A stretch of 63,622 nucleotides of DNA, counting the filler, from Chiloscyllium plagiosum (Eukaryota): NCBI RefSeq assembly GCF_004010195.1. It is 4 parts of one record of this genome, joined end to end, with 100 filler letters (N's around TTAATTAATTAA, not from the genome) between each part and the next. Parts side by side here need not be neighbours in the genome. Positions count along the whole stretch, not along the records: positions 24,002 to 52,294 come from NC_057710.1; 3 more parts are not named here. One strand, written 5' to 3'. Every line of letters starts with the position of its first letter. Within the stretch, counting starts at the first letter, position 1. The position numbers and the translations under genes are program-made. A model generated the notes under the pieces. It had not been told where the DNA came from and did not search any database. It saw only the letters and a program-made list of their open reading frames with translations. Below, piece after piece: positions 24,292 through 36,530 of this stretch.

Positions 24292-25061
24292 GATATCAAA
24301 CAATGTTGAGTCAGAATACAGAAAGGAGAATAGAGGGTTTGGTGTGATGGTAAAATGAGAACAACCACTCTCTCAATGTCAGAAAGAAAGGAGGAGAACA
24401 TGGCTCCATCAGTATCAACGGAGCAGAGGTTGACAGGGTTGAGAGCCACAAGTTCCTCAGAGTGATAATAACCGACAATCTGTCCTGGACTTCCCATGTA
24501 GACGCAACGGTTAAGAAGGCACAATGAAGCTTTTTCTTCTGTAGGTGGCTCAGGAAATTCGGCATGTCCATGAGGTCAACAACTTTGACAGATGTACCGT
24601 ACAGAGCATACTGTCCAGGTGCATAATAGCCTGGTATGGCAACTACTCTACCCAGGGCCGAAAGAAATTACAGAATAGTGTGTGCACAAACCTGACTATC
24701 AAGGAAACCAACCTCCCATCCATGGATTCCATTTACACATCTCACTGCCTTGGAAAAGTTGCCAACATCATCAAAGATCCCTCCCACTCAAGTTCTCCCA
24801 CAGCCTCTTCCATCATACAGAAACGTGAACACATGCACCAGCAGCTTTTTCCCTGCTGTTGTTAGACTGATGAATAGACTCTCCAACTTCAAATAATCTT
24901 GATCTTGTTAATATTGATCTTGCTTTGCACACTCCTGTACAGCATAACTTGTACACTTTACTCTGTCTATATCCTATGATCCATACATCCATGCTTACTG
25001 TGATCTGCCTGTACTGCCTGCAAAGAAATAGGTACACGTGACTACAATAAATCAAATCAAA
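24292..25061 (+). mobile_element. Rex1/Babar-type LINE 3' end
   Basis: LRKFGM, CTVQSILSRCIIAWYGN, KVANIIKDPSH; tail AATAAATCAAATCAAA. Confidence 0.82.
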
Positions 25062-25169
25062 CCTTTGGGTCAAATCACTGCCAATTGTCTCTCTCTAATG
25101 AGAGATCAGCCTTATGGTGTGGTAGGACTATGGGGACCTTACTTTTCACTATCTTCATTATTCATTTTC

Positions 25170-25615
25170 CAGAAAGTACTGATCCCTCTGCTTCTAAGAG
25201 TCCTGTAATCTCTCTCATTTAAATAATGTGCTGCTTTTCAGTTTGTCTTGTAAAATGGACAAGTTCACGTTTCTCACATTGTACTCCAACTGCCAAACTG
25301 TTGTCTACCAGGTTAGCCTATCTATAGTTTTTGGCAGACTCCGTTTGAATTCTTCACAACTTATTTTCCATCTATCTTTGTGCCATCAGCAAATTTAGCA
25401 ACCATACATTTGGTCCCATCATCGAAGTCTTTGTTACAAATTGTAAATCTTTGAGATCTAAACAATGATTGCTGTGACACACCACTTGTTCCATCCTGCC
25501 AGTGATAAAATGGCTGCTTTCTCATGTCTACTCTCTGTTTCTTGTGAGGAAACCAATTCTCTATGGAGGGTAATATGTAACCCCCTACGCCATGAGCTCT
25601 TACTTTGTGCAGTAA
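25170..25615 (-). mobile_element. Old CR1 RT fragment
   Basis: Minus strand shows GVSQQ / AKFADG-like decayed RT motifs. Confidence 0.6.
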
Positions 25616-26271
25616 ATGTTTTGAGTTGATTCATTAATCTTCCTACCTCTGATACATTTGCAAGTCTATCAATTTTTCCATAAAAGTCTTAAATCCATTG
25701 GCTTTATTTATATGTATTGTGATTCTTATAATGTTTAATAAATTAATGCTTATTACACTGATAAACATGGTGGGAATCAAACCAATTCCATTTTAACCTT
25801 TTTATCTGTAAATTAAGTCCAATCTACTGACGATAATTGTATCCAAGGGAGAAAACGAAATTAATTGACCTTTGCTTCTCTTGAGTAATAGACAATTACA
25901 TGCTTTTGCATTGTTTAGATTCATTTTAATGGCACATATTGTTAATTTTAATTGTCTGGAATGTTAATTTATTACAGTATCTGGCCTCATCAGAGTGTAA
26001 TATGTATTTACCAAGGTAATTATTAGGTTATAAATATGTTACAGTTTATCATGGCATAAGATTTTAAAAGAGGAACTCTAATTATAATCATACCAGAGCT
26101 GCAAGGTCTTTTGAGGTTTTGGCCAATTATGTTTGTCTCTTAGCAGGGGAGCATTTATTCTAATTGACAAGGCAATAGACACTGAAGTGAACGAGCGTAT
26201 TTGTTTCTAAAAAAAAACAAAATAATTGTGGATGCTGGAAATCTGAAACAAAAACAGAAGTTTCAGAACTG

Positions 26272-26311
26272 GAGTTCTGAAGAAGGGTCACTGGACCTGA
26301 AACTTTAACTC
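26272..26311 (+). ncRNA. Hammerhead motif of a further family (slightly decayed) inside a short fold-back element (~26210-26375)
   Basis: GAGTT-CTGAAGA-A-GGGTC-ACTG-GACCT-GAAACTTT-AACTC, with a 5-bp stem I. Related decayed copies at ~8981-9019 (+), ~27048-27085 (-) and ~48836-48870 (-). Confidence 0.6.
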
Positions 26312-27269
26312 TGATTTCTCTCCAGAATTGCTGCCAGACCAGATGAGATTTTCCAGCAATTTCTATATTTGTTCTCAACTATGTTCTTCACCCGAATTCA
26401 CTTTCTTTAAAACAAATTAAGAGACAGAATTAAATGATTGTTCAGACTTTGCTCTTCATTAAAAATGTCTTAAAACCTCTGCAATGCTCTGGTTGTGAAC
26501 TGTGGACTCCTAAACACAAAGTTATCCTCAGACAGGTTTGGAAAAAGATTAAAACGTAACTGGCCTAGAGCAGTAGGATGAAGGGGAAATCTTTTCATGA
26601 GAAGATGTTATGATGCTGGTGGCTGTGATGTCCTTGACCCCAGGCTCCTTTAAGGAAATTGCCCGGATAAAACAAAATATTGACGGTTTCATAGATTGGT
26701 TCATTCGGAGGGGCCCGAATGGTATAAATAGTCTTCTATGTTCTGTACAGCTCATTAAACAAGAAATGTTTGGTGGTGCATTATCTAATGAGAAATGAAT
26801 TCAATTCAGATTTTTACTCCCACTAACTAGGGGCCAGTAAAATTCTGCACCAAGTCTAAGAGGTAGATCTGAGTAGGCCCAGCAGAGTGTATACTTAACT
26901 TTTGCATGAAGCAAATAATTTAAATCTGACATTGCTTTTATATTCACCTAATTTTAATCTAGATTTGAGGAGAACAGTGATCTGTGTCAAAAACAGAAAT
27001 TGCTGGAGAAATTCAGCAGCTCTGGCAGTATCTGTGGAGAAAAAGCAGAGTTAATATTTTGGGTCTATGTGACCCTTCTTCAGATCTGGACAGTGGTCTG
27101 TGAGTTAGTCCTCAGTGTTCACACTGTGTAATGAACAGGTGAGCAGGGATCATAGTTCCCCTCTTTTCAATCCTTTCTTTGTTAGTCACAACAAATATTT
27201 TTGTTTTTTTTCTTTCCCACTATGTTGCTATTATACTTCAATTAAATTTTATTAAGCAGATAAAACATG

Positions 27270-28680
27270 AAGGAGAGACAAGTGCAAATCACAGCTGGTG
27301 AGACCACATCTGGAGTACTCTGAACAGTTTTAGCTCCATGGATTCAGAATTGACTTACCCATTGAAGACAGAGAGAAGCGGAAGGGTTTTTTTCACATTG
27401 TACGTCCTAATGACTAATGGTGTTCCACAGGGATCTTTACTGGGATCTCTGATGTTTGTGATATATACCAATGATTTGGATGAAAATGTAAATGGGTGGA
27501 TTAGTAAGTTTGCAGATGATACAAAGATTGGTGGAGCTTTGGATAGTAAACAAGGTTGTCAAAGGATATAGCGGGACATAGATCAGTTGCAGATATGGGC
27601 GGAGAAATGGCAGATGGAGTTTATTCTGGGTAAGTGTGAGGTGCTGCACTTTGAGAGATCAAAAGTTAAGGAAAAGTATGCAGTTAATGGCAGGACCCTG
27701 GCAGCTTTAATGTACAGACGGATCTTGGGGTTCAAACCCATAGCTCCCTGAAAGTGGCCATACAAATAGATGGGGTGGTAAAGAAGGTGTTTGGCATGCT
27801 TTATTGGTTGGGGAATTGAGTACGAGAGTCAGGATGTCATGTTGCAGCTTTATAAGACTTTGGTTAGATCACACTTAGAGTATTGTGTACGGGGCGGCAC
27901 GGTGGCACAGTGGTTAGCACTGCTGCCTCACAGCACCAGAGACCCGGGTTCAATTCCTGTCTCAGGCAACTGTCTGTGTGGAGTTTGCACGTTCTCCCCA
28001 TGTCATGTGGGTTTCCTCCGGGTGCTCCGGTTTCCTCCCACAGTCCAAAACATGTGCAGGTTAGGTGAATTGGGTCTGGGTGGGTTGCTCTTCGGCGGGT
28101 TGGTGTGGACTTGTTGGGCCGAAGGGCCTGTTTCAACACTGTAAGTGATCTAATCTAATCCTGGTTGCCACATTACAGGAAAGATATGGAACCTTTGGAG
28201 AGGGTGCAGAAGAGGTTTACCATGATTCTGCCTGAATTAGAGGGTATGAGTTATAAGGAGAGTCTAGTAAAACTTGGGTTGTCTTGTCTTGAGTAGTGGT
28301 GGCTGAGGGGAGAGGTGATAGAAGTCTCTAAAATTATGAGATGCGTAGATATGGTTGACGGTCAGAATCTTTTTCCTTGAATTGAAATGTCAAATACTAT
28401 AGGGCATGCATTTAAAGTTAAAAGGGGAATGTTCAAAAGAGATGTGAGGGGCAAGGTTTTTACACAGAGAGTAGGAGTGTGGAACACACTACCAGGGGTG
28501 GTAGTGGAGGCAGGTACAAGAGGGGCATTTAAGGGACTTTTAGATAAGCACATTATTATGCAAGGAATGGAGAGAAATGAACCAATGGCAGGCATAATGG
28601 ATTAGTTTCATTTGGCATCATATTCAGCAGAACATCATGGGCCGAAGGACCCATTCCTGTGCTGTATGTTCTATGTTCTA
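27270..28680 (+). mobile_element. CR1 LINE RT to 3' end, interrupted by a SINE
   Basis: [35 protein letters not shown]|, FTQRVGVWNTLP; (CTATGTT)n tail. Confidence 0.9.
27891..28160 (+). mobile_element. HE1/V-SINE-type SINE nested in CR1
   Basis: Full head, V-domain, internal deletion, (TAATC)n tail. Confidence 0.9.
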
Positions 28681-28689
28681 TTTAAGGAA

Positions 28690-29200
28690 ATATGTCACTT
28701 CATTGGAGGCAATTCAGAGAAGGTTCACTTGGATGACCTAGGGAGACCTTGGATGCTTTTTGAACAAATATTAAACAGGTTGGAGCACCAGTCATTTGAT
28801 TTTAGAAGAATGAGAGGTGATCTCTTTGAAACATACAGGATTCTTGAGAGTGTAATTGCTGAGAGGATGTTTCCCCTCATGGGAGAGTCTACGACCAGAC
28901 AGCACAGTCTCAGAATAAAGGGGCACCAACCTAAGACTGAGATGGGGAGGAATTTCTTCTCTTAGAGTGTTGTGAGTATTTGGAACTCCTTACCACAGAG
29001 AGCTGTGAGGGCAGAGTCTTTTTGTATATTTAAGGCTGAGATAGACATTCTTGATCAGTAGGGAAATCAAACATTACAGGGAATGGGCAGGAAAGTGGAC
29101 ATGATGAATGTTACATCAGCCATGATTCCATTGAATGGCAGACCAGGCTTGAGGAGTCAAATGGCCTACTCATGCTCCTATTTCTTATGGTTTCATAGGT
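28690..29200 (+). mobile_element. CR1 3' portion (different subfamily)
   Basis: FRRMRGDLFETYRIL, KTEMGRNFFS and a 3' UTR with GGCCTACTCATGCTCCTATTTCTTATG. Confidence 0.82.
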
Positions 29201-29879
29201 CTTGAGTATAAGAGAGTGCAATTTTATTACTGACTACTATGAAAATAGTGAAACCTGACAGCAAGCATACTCAGTTGCTTTTTCAACAGTCCAGTTATTG
29301 ATAGAGAGAGGGGAAAAGGGAAGGGCCTCCAGCATCCTTGCTGTTATCAGTCCATGTTCTTTCTCTTTTTCCTCAAAGGTTGCTGTTGATATCTGTTCCT
29401 TTGCAGATTCTGGTGTCTGTGTCAATATTTTACTTTAAGCTAGAGAGTTGTAGGCAACCTTTTAACTCTCAAAGTGTGACCAAAGGCAGGCAGGAAAGAT
29501 TAACTTAATTTGGTGTCATATTTGGCACAACATTGTGGGCTGAGTGGCCCGTTCCTTTGCTGTATTGTTTCATGTCTGCAGTTATTGTGCAAGTGTGAGA
29601 TGCAAAGAAGAGATGCAAATACTTAATGCCTGTCTGAGTTTCAGTGCCTCTTGATTGAAAGGTTATTTCAAAGATAACTGGTTTTGTACATACACGTGGG
29701 TTGCCTGAGCATGTCAAGTGATCACAGCACTTATTTTAGTTCAGTAGTGTCCTTTGTAAGGCCATTTTTAAGGAAGGAATGTCTCAACTATTAAAGTTAA
29801 ATTACGAAAGTTGAATATTGATAATAATGACATTTAAATCTGACTCCCTTATCTATTGTGGGAATAAAAATGGAGAGTG

Positions 29880-30264
29880 ATATAGAGGTTTACAAAATTA
29901 TGAGGGGCATGGATAGGATAAACAGACAAAGTCTTTTCCATGGGGTGGGGGAGTCCAGAACTAGAGGGCATAGGTTTAGGGTGAGAGGGGAAAGATATAA
30001 AAGAGACCTAAGGGGCAACATTTTCATGCAGAGGGTAGTACACGTATGGAATGAGCTGCCAGAGGAAGTGGGGGAGGCTAGTACAATTGCAACATTTAAA
30101 AGGCATCTGGATGGGTATATGAATAGGAAGGGTTTGGAGGGATATGGGCCGGGTGCTGGCAGGTGGGACTAGATTGGGTTGGGATATCTGGTCGGTATGG
30201 ACGAGTTGGACCGAAGGGTCTGTTTCCGCGCTGTACATCTCTATGACTCTATAACTCTATAACT
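29880..30264 (+). mobile_element. Young CR1 3' end
   Basis: Open C-terminal frame IEVYKIMRG...GRWD*; tail CTATGACTCTATAACTCTATAACT. Confidence 0.93.
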
Positions 30265-30499
30265 AACTATCGCAAGCTTTATAGAATTACATAAAGAAGT
30301 GTAAGTATTAGGCACCAGTTCAAGAAGTCTTTGAATTTATTTAAAACAAGAGAATAATTCAAGAGTATTCTTTGAGCATATGTCTGTAATTATTTTCCGT
30401 ATGTTGATATTCCCATTACTGCTCTTTCTTATCTTTTTTTTAAATTAAGGAATGATCATGTAAGAGAATAATCAAAGGTCCCAGTGGGAACAGATTTGC

Positions 30500-30918
30500 A
30501 CGGATGTTATCAGGACCACAGGCTATTTCCCCTGGAGCGTTGGTGGCTGAGGGGTGACCTCATAGAGATTTATAAAATCATGAGGGGCATTGATAAGGTG
30601 AATAGACAGGTCTTTTTCCAAGGATAGGGGAGTCCAAAACTAGAGGGCATAGGTTTAGGGTGAGACAGGAAAGAATTAAAAGGAACAATTTTTTCATTCA
30701 GAGCGTGGTTTGTGTATGGAATGAGCTGCCAAAGGAACTGGTGGATGCTGGTACAATTTCAACATTTAAAGACATTTGGATGAGTACATGAATAGGAAGG
30801 GTTTAGAGAGATGTGGGCCAAATGTTGGCAAACTGGACTAGATTAATTTTGGATGTCTGATCATCATGGATGAGTTGGACTGAATGTGTTTCTGCATTGT
30901 AGAACTCTATGACTCTAC
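30500..30918 (+). mobile_element. CR1 3' end
   Basis: Diverged copy of 29880-30264. Confidence 0.85.
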
Positions 30919-31829
30919 ATCAGCCATCTTTGAATGATGGCAGGGATGCTGTCAGCATCCAAGTAGATTCAGAGTGAGTGAGCGTTATGACAACAAGAAA
31001 AGAGTGCAGAGGTGTAGCTGTGCCCAGTCCGTGAGCTGGGCGTGTGCCCCTGAGCACACAGTCTCCTTGCTGCAGATGCTGGTGCAGACCAAGATGCAAC
31101 ATTAATGGGCAATAGCATCCATGGATTGGATATGTGCCATGAGGGCATTCTTAGAGGCTACCACATGCCAGATGCCAATGTCAATGTTTGTGGGATATGT
31201 ATGGTTTGGGCCCATGGGGCGTGCTCTCAGTTGTTGGTGCCCACTGTCCAACATGGAGACTGTTTGGAGCAAGCTGCAAGCTGAATCTGCCAGTTACCCA
31301 CTCGGGTTTCTGTTTCTCGACGTTCAGCTGGTTTGTTGAGTTGCTGAATATTAAGAAGGTGAGTTGGGTTATCAATAAAAAATGTTATGAACGTAAGTCA
31401 CCATCAATTGTGAGAATTGCACCATGCCACTAGTGAAAATGATGTACAAAAAATGGGAGCGAGACAATCCCAATGTCATGATGTACCTGATCTCAACTTC
31501 CTGTCTAATTCTGCCACAATTCACATGAGAACCCTCTTCTCTTCGAACTTGAAAGATTCCACCTTGGTAAACCCAGATCAAAACCCTTTGGAGGACCAAT
31601 CTATTGTTTTTGAAAATAATTGGAGTTTAAATGCAGCTTTGGTTGGACGCTCCCCAAGGTAAAACGTTTTTGCTCCTCTGTTCATTCTGTCAGTGTCCGG
31701 AAGTGTAAGTTCATATGAATTTATTTTACAAGGAACAGGTGACAGAAGAAGATTCCAGACTAGCCTGGCCTCCATCCTGGAACTGTGTTCAAAACTAGCT
31801 CAGAATTCTGTCAGGGAGAATTGCAAGTC

Positions 31830-32113
31830 TCCATCAGATGGACATAAAATCTCCAATGGCATTAGTTAGAAGACGAATGGGGGAGTTATCCAAGGTGTCC
31901 TGATCAATATTTATCCCTCAGCCAATATCACTAAAATAGAGAAACTGTGCTTAATCTCACTGTTATTTGTAGGAGCTGGCTGACATGTGAATTGGCTGCC
32001 GTGCTTTCCAGACTAACAGTGACTACACTTCAAACATAATTCACTAGTTGTAAAGTGCTTTATGATGACCTAAGGTTGTGAGAGGTGCTATATAAAATGA
32101 ATGTCTTTCTTTT
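31830..32113 (+). mobile_element. Deu-domain SINE (SacSINE1/AmnSINE1-like) 3' part
   Basis: GGTGTCCTGATCAATATTTATCCCTCA...AATTGGCTGCC...ACAGTGACTACACTTCAAA...GTGCTATATAAAATG, recognised from memory as a Deu domain plus L2-type tail. Confidence 0.7.
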
Positions 32114-32649
32114 ATAGAAACAGCCTGTGAAATGAGTTTGTCCAGCATCAACCAGTTTCCCACAGGCCCACAGCTTAAAATGGTCAACAAATCGACCGTT
32201 AACTGGCAATCTCTGCATGTGTGAAGTAAGAAAATAAAATGCTGGCTTTAAAAGAGCACCCCACAGTGACACTTATACATATTACCAGGAGGAGTTGTTG
32301 GGGCTTCAGAGACTTGGCTATCATCTCACAATCTCCTCATGAGGCCATTCACTCTTAGGGTCCCCCACATTGCTACCAGTAAGCCACTGGTGAACTTGCA
32401 AAATAACCCTTAACTGGTGTCTTGACTTTTCAGCCCCACTTTTCCGTAAAATTTAGCCCTTAAATGCAGGAGAAAAAATTAGGCTGGGTAATTTGAGGGG
32501 TCGCTGCTTAAATTGCTGGTGGGACAACGACGAAGGATGGGATAGAGGGTGGGGGTGGAAAATTACAAGACGGCATAATTGAAGGAATAGAGAATCGTGG
32601 AGTGCTGCAGGGCCAGAGATGGTTAAAAAGACAGAAGGAAGTTAAACAT

Positions 32650-32970
32650 TTGTGGCGAGGTAATGGATGAGTGATATTATCACTGGACTGTTATTCCAGA
32701 GACCCAGGTAATATTCTAGGGACCTGAATTCGAGTCCCATGGATGGTGGAATTTGATTTCAATACAGATTTTGCATTAAGAGTCTAATGATGACCATGAA
32801 TCCATTGTCACGAAAAACCCATCTGGTTCACAAATAGGGAAGGAAACTGCTGTCCTTACCTGGTCTGGCCTGCATGTAATTGTAGACCCACAGCAATATG
32901 ATTGTCTTTTAACTGCCTAATAAATGCTGGCTGAGCCAGTGATGACATAGTCCCATGAATGAACTAAAAG
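32650..32970 (+). mobile_element. tRNA-derived SINE whose tail matches the LINE at 47225-48475
   Basis: B-box-like AATTCGAGTCCC; AAAACCCATCTGGTTCAC body; tail AATAAATGCTGGC...CCCATGAATGAA. Partial copies at ~48520-48652 (+) and ~6100-6210 (-). Confidence 0.65.
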
Positions 32971-33054
32971 AAATTATAGGGAAAGATGTGAATATGGTGG
33001 AAAGCATGCAAGTGTGATTTACTAGAGTGGTTGCAGGAATAAGAAGATTATAAG

Positions 33055-35295
33055 GATAAGACCATAACACAGAAGGCAGAGAAGCAGAAATTAGGCCATT
33101 CAGCCCATCAAGTCTGCTTCACCATGGCTGATAAGTTTCTCAAACCTATTCTCCCACTTTCTCCCGAAAACCCTTGATCCCCTTGATACTCAGGATCCTA
33201 TCTATCTCTGTCCTAAACATACTCAATGACCTGGCCTCCACAGCCTTTTGTGATAACGAATTCCATATATTCACCACTCTCTGGCTGAAGAAGTGTCTCC
33301 ATATCTCCATTCTAAAAGGTCTTCCCTTTAGTCTAAGGCAATGCTCTCAGATCCTAATCTTTTCTACTAATGGAAACATCTTCCCAATATCTACTTGGTC
33401 CAGACCATTCAGTTTTCTGTATGTTTCAATTGGATAACCCCCTCATCCTTCTAAACTCCATTGAGTATTAACCCAGAGCCCTCAAGTGTTCCCATTATAT
33501 TAAACCTTTCATTCCTGGGACCATTCTTGTGAACCTCTCTGAACACGATCCAGGCCAGTACATCCTTCCTGAGAAATGAGGCCCAAAACTATACACAATA
33601 CTCTAAATGTGATCTAACCAGAACCTTATAGAGACTCAGATGTACACCCTGCTTTTGTATTCAAGTCCTCTCAAAATAAATGTCATCATTGCATTTACCT
33701 TCCTAACCTCCAAGTTTACCTTGAAAGAATCCTGGACTAGAATGCCAAAGTCTCTTTGCACTTCAAACTTCTGAATTTTGTCCCCATTTAGAAAATAGTC
33801 CATTTCTCTATTCTTCCTACCAAAATGCATTACCTCACACTTTTGCACGTTATACTCCAGCTACCACTTCTTTACACACTGACCTCACCTGTCCAAATCC
33901 TTCTGCAGCCTCACTGCCTCCTCAATGCTACCTGTCGCTCTACCCATCTTTGTATCATCTCCAAATTTAGCCAGAGTGCCTTCAGTTCCTTCATCTAGAT
34001 CATTAATGTATAAAGTGAAAGGTTGTGGTCCCAACACTGAGCCTTGCGGAACACCACTTGTCATTGACTGCCATCCTGATATCCCCACTCTCTCCTTTCT
34101 GCCAGCCAGCCAAGCCTCTATCCATGCTAGCACCTTTCCTCTGACACCATCACCCCTTGTCTTACTCATAGCCTCCTGTTTGGTTCCTTAACAAAGGCAT
34201 CCTTGAAGTCCAGGTAGATAGCATTCATTGATTCTCCTTGGTCTAACCTACTCGTTACCTCCTCAAAGAAGTCTAGCAGATTTGTCAGGCATGACCTCCC
34301 CTTGATGAAACTATGCTGACTTTGCCCTATTTTACCATACACTTCCAAGTATTCAGAAATGTCATCCTTCACGATGGATTCTAGGATCTTACTCATGACT
34401 GAGGTTAGGCTAATTGGTATGTAAATTTCCATGTCTTTCCTTATACCCTTTCTAAACAGGGCACCATGTTAATGATTTTACAGTCCTCTGGCACCCTTCC
34501 TGATTCTAGCGATTCCTGAAAGATCACCACTAACGTCTCTGCTATGTCTTCAGCTATCTTCCTTAGAAATCTGGGGTGTAGTCCATCTGGTCCAGGTGAT
34601 GTATCCACTTTCAGGCCATTCAGTTTTTCTAGCACTTTCTTCTTGGTGATGGCCACCATAGTCAGTTCTGACCCCTCACTTTCTTGAATTTTTTTGGATC
34701 TTACTCGTATCTTCCACTGTGAAAATTGACGCAAAGTAATCGTTCAGTTCCTCAGTCATTCACTTGTTCCCCATTACTATCTCTCCAGCATCAATTTCCA
34801 GCAGCTCAATGTTCACTTTTGCCTCTCTTTTTCCCTTTATATATCTTATATATCTTACAGTCTCCCTTTATATTTCTGGCGAGCTTAATATTATATTTAA
34901 TCTTATCCCTCCTTATTTCTTTTTCTTTGTTGACCTCTGTTGGCCTTTGTAAACGTGCCAATCCTCTGGTTTCCTACTGCCTCATCCTCCCTGTACCATG
35001 CTTCTTTTTCCTCGAGACAAATCTCTGCTGTGTCTCTTGAATTACTCCCAGAAACCGTTGCTGTTGTTGTTCCACTGTCTTTCCTGCTAGCCTCCTCTCC
35101 CAGTCCATTCTAGCCAGCTCCTCCCTTATGCCTCTGTAGCTGCCTTTATTCAACTGTAATACCTTATCTCTGATTCTATTTTCTCCTTCTCAAATTGCAG
35201 AGTAAATTCAATTATATTATGATCACTGCCTCCTGAGGGTTCCTTCATCTTAAGCTCCGTTATCAAGTCTGCCTCATTGTACAACACTAAATCCA
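33055..35295 (-). mobile_element. CR1 LINE ORF2 (end of APE to 3' UTR), decayed
   Basis: [54 protein letters not shown] in broken frames. Confidence 0.92.
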
Positions 35296-35720
35296 ATAGA
35301 TTGAAGAGGTTGGGAGTGTTCTCTTTGGAGAGAAGAGGGCTGAGAGGAGATTTGATGAAGTTTTTGAAAAACATGAGTGGGCTGGATAGAGTAGGTGGGG
35401 AGTAGCTGTTCCTACTCATAAAAGAAAAAAAAAAGAATGAGAGGGCAAAGATTTGAAGTGATGTGCAAAGGATGTAATGGTGATGTGAGAAAAGAAAACG
35501 TTTCCACACAATGTGTAATTAGGGTAAGAAATGCACTGCCTGAAAATATAGGCAAGACAGGTTTAATTGAGACATTCAAGAGGGCATTGGATGATTGTTT
35601 AGTTAGAAATAGTATGAAGGGGTTCAGGGAAAAGGCAAGAGAATGGCATTAGGTAACCGATCCGGTAAAGGCATTATGGCCTGAATAGCCTTCTTCAGCA
35701 CTTCAGTAATTCTGTGAACA
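35296..35720 (+). mobile_element. CR1 3' portion
   Basis: RLGVFSLEKRGLRGDL, NALPE, FKRALD. Confidence 0.75.
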
Positions 35721-36530
35721 TGGGGACTTGAGCACTTGTAAGCAGAGTTTTGGATAATTTTATGAAGACCGGAAGGTGGAAAATCATTCAGCAAGGCACT
35801 GGAATCGTCAAGCCTGTCAGTTACGATGGCACAAATGGAAGTTTTTACAAAAGATATGATGAGGCAGGAGCAGAATTGGGTAACCTTACAGAGTCGGAAG
35901 TAGATTATATTCATAACAGAGAAGACAATATGGGGTCACTCACTCAGGACTTGGACTTTCAAGTTTCAAGCTTGGTGCTGAATTGTAGACAGTTGTACTG
36001 TTGTGTCACGAGCTCTGGGTAAAAGGTAAAATGCTGCAATCAATTGCACATTATTTTGCAGCGCTTAGTGATGGGACTGGTGTTATTGCTATAATACTGA
36101 TGTTTTGCTGAGAACTTTTATTCGATGAGTAAGATATTGCAAAAATACTAAACTGTTGAATTTTGAATTCCTTCACAATAACAATTTGCATTTTAGCAAT
36201 ATAAGAAAACGTTTATAATTCCTGAAGCTTTGTCATAGTGGTATCCTAAAATATCTACTATATTCTTACAATATCAACCCATAAAACATCACTTGGAGGA
36301 CTTCATTTGATATTTAAGATAGCAGTTAAGACAATACAGGGACATTTATGAGACATTTTTATTAATATTGGGAGAGTTTAGTGCCAGTGAAATTAATTAG
36401 AATGTATTTCAGCCTCTCGATTGCTTATGGTTTTAGAATGGAAGGGTCCCATGGCATTGAGGAGATCTGTAGCCGAGAAAGATAACATGCCTCATTATTT
36501 GTTATCATTCCTTTTGTAGTTTGGAAAAGC

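Noticed and set aside
26549..26798. Short ORFs in unique sequence (also 15574-16459, 35624-36022, 54982-55523)
   Set aside because: No recognisable domains or exon-like boundaries; lengths are consistent with chance ORFs.
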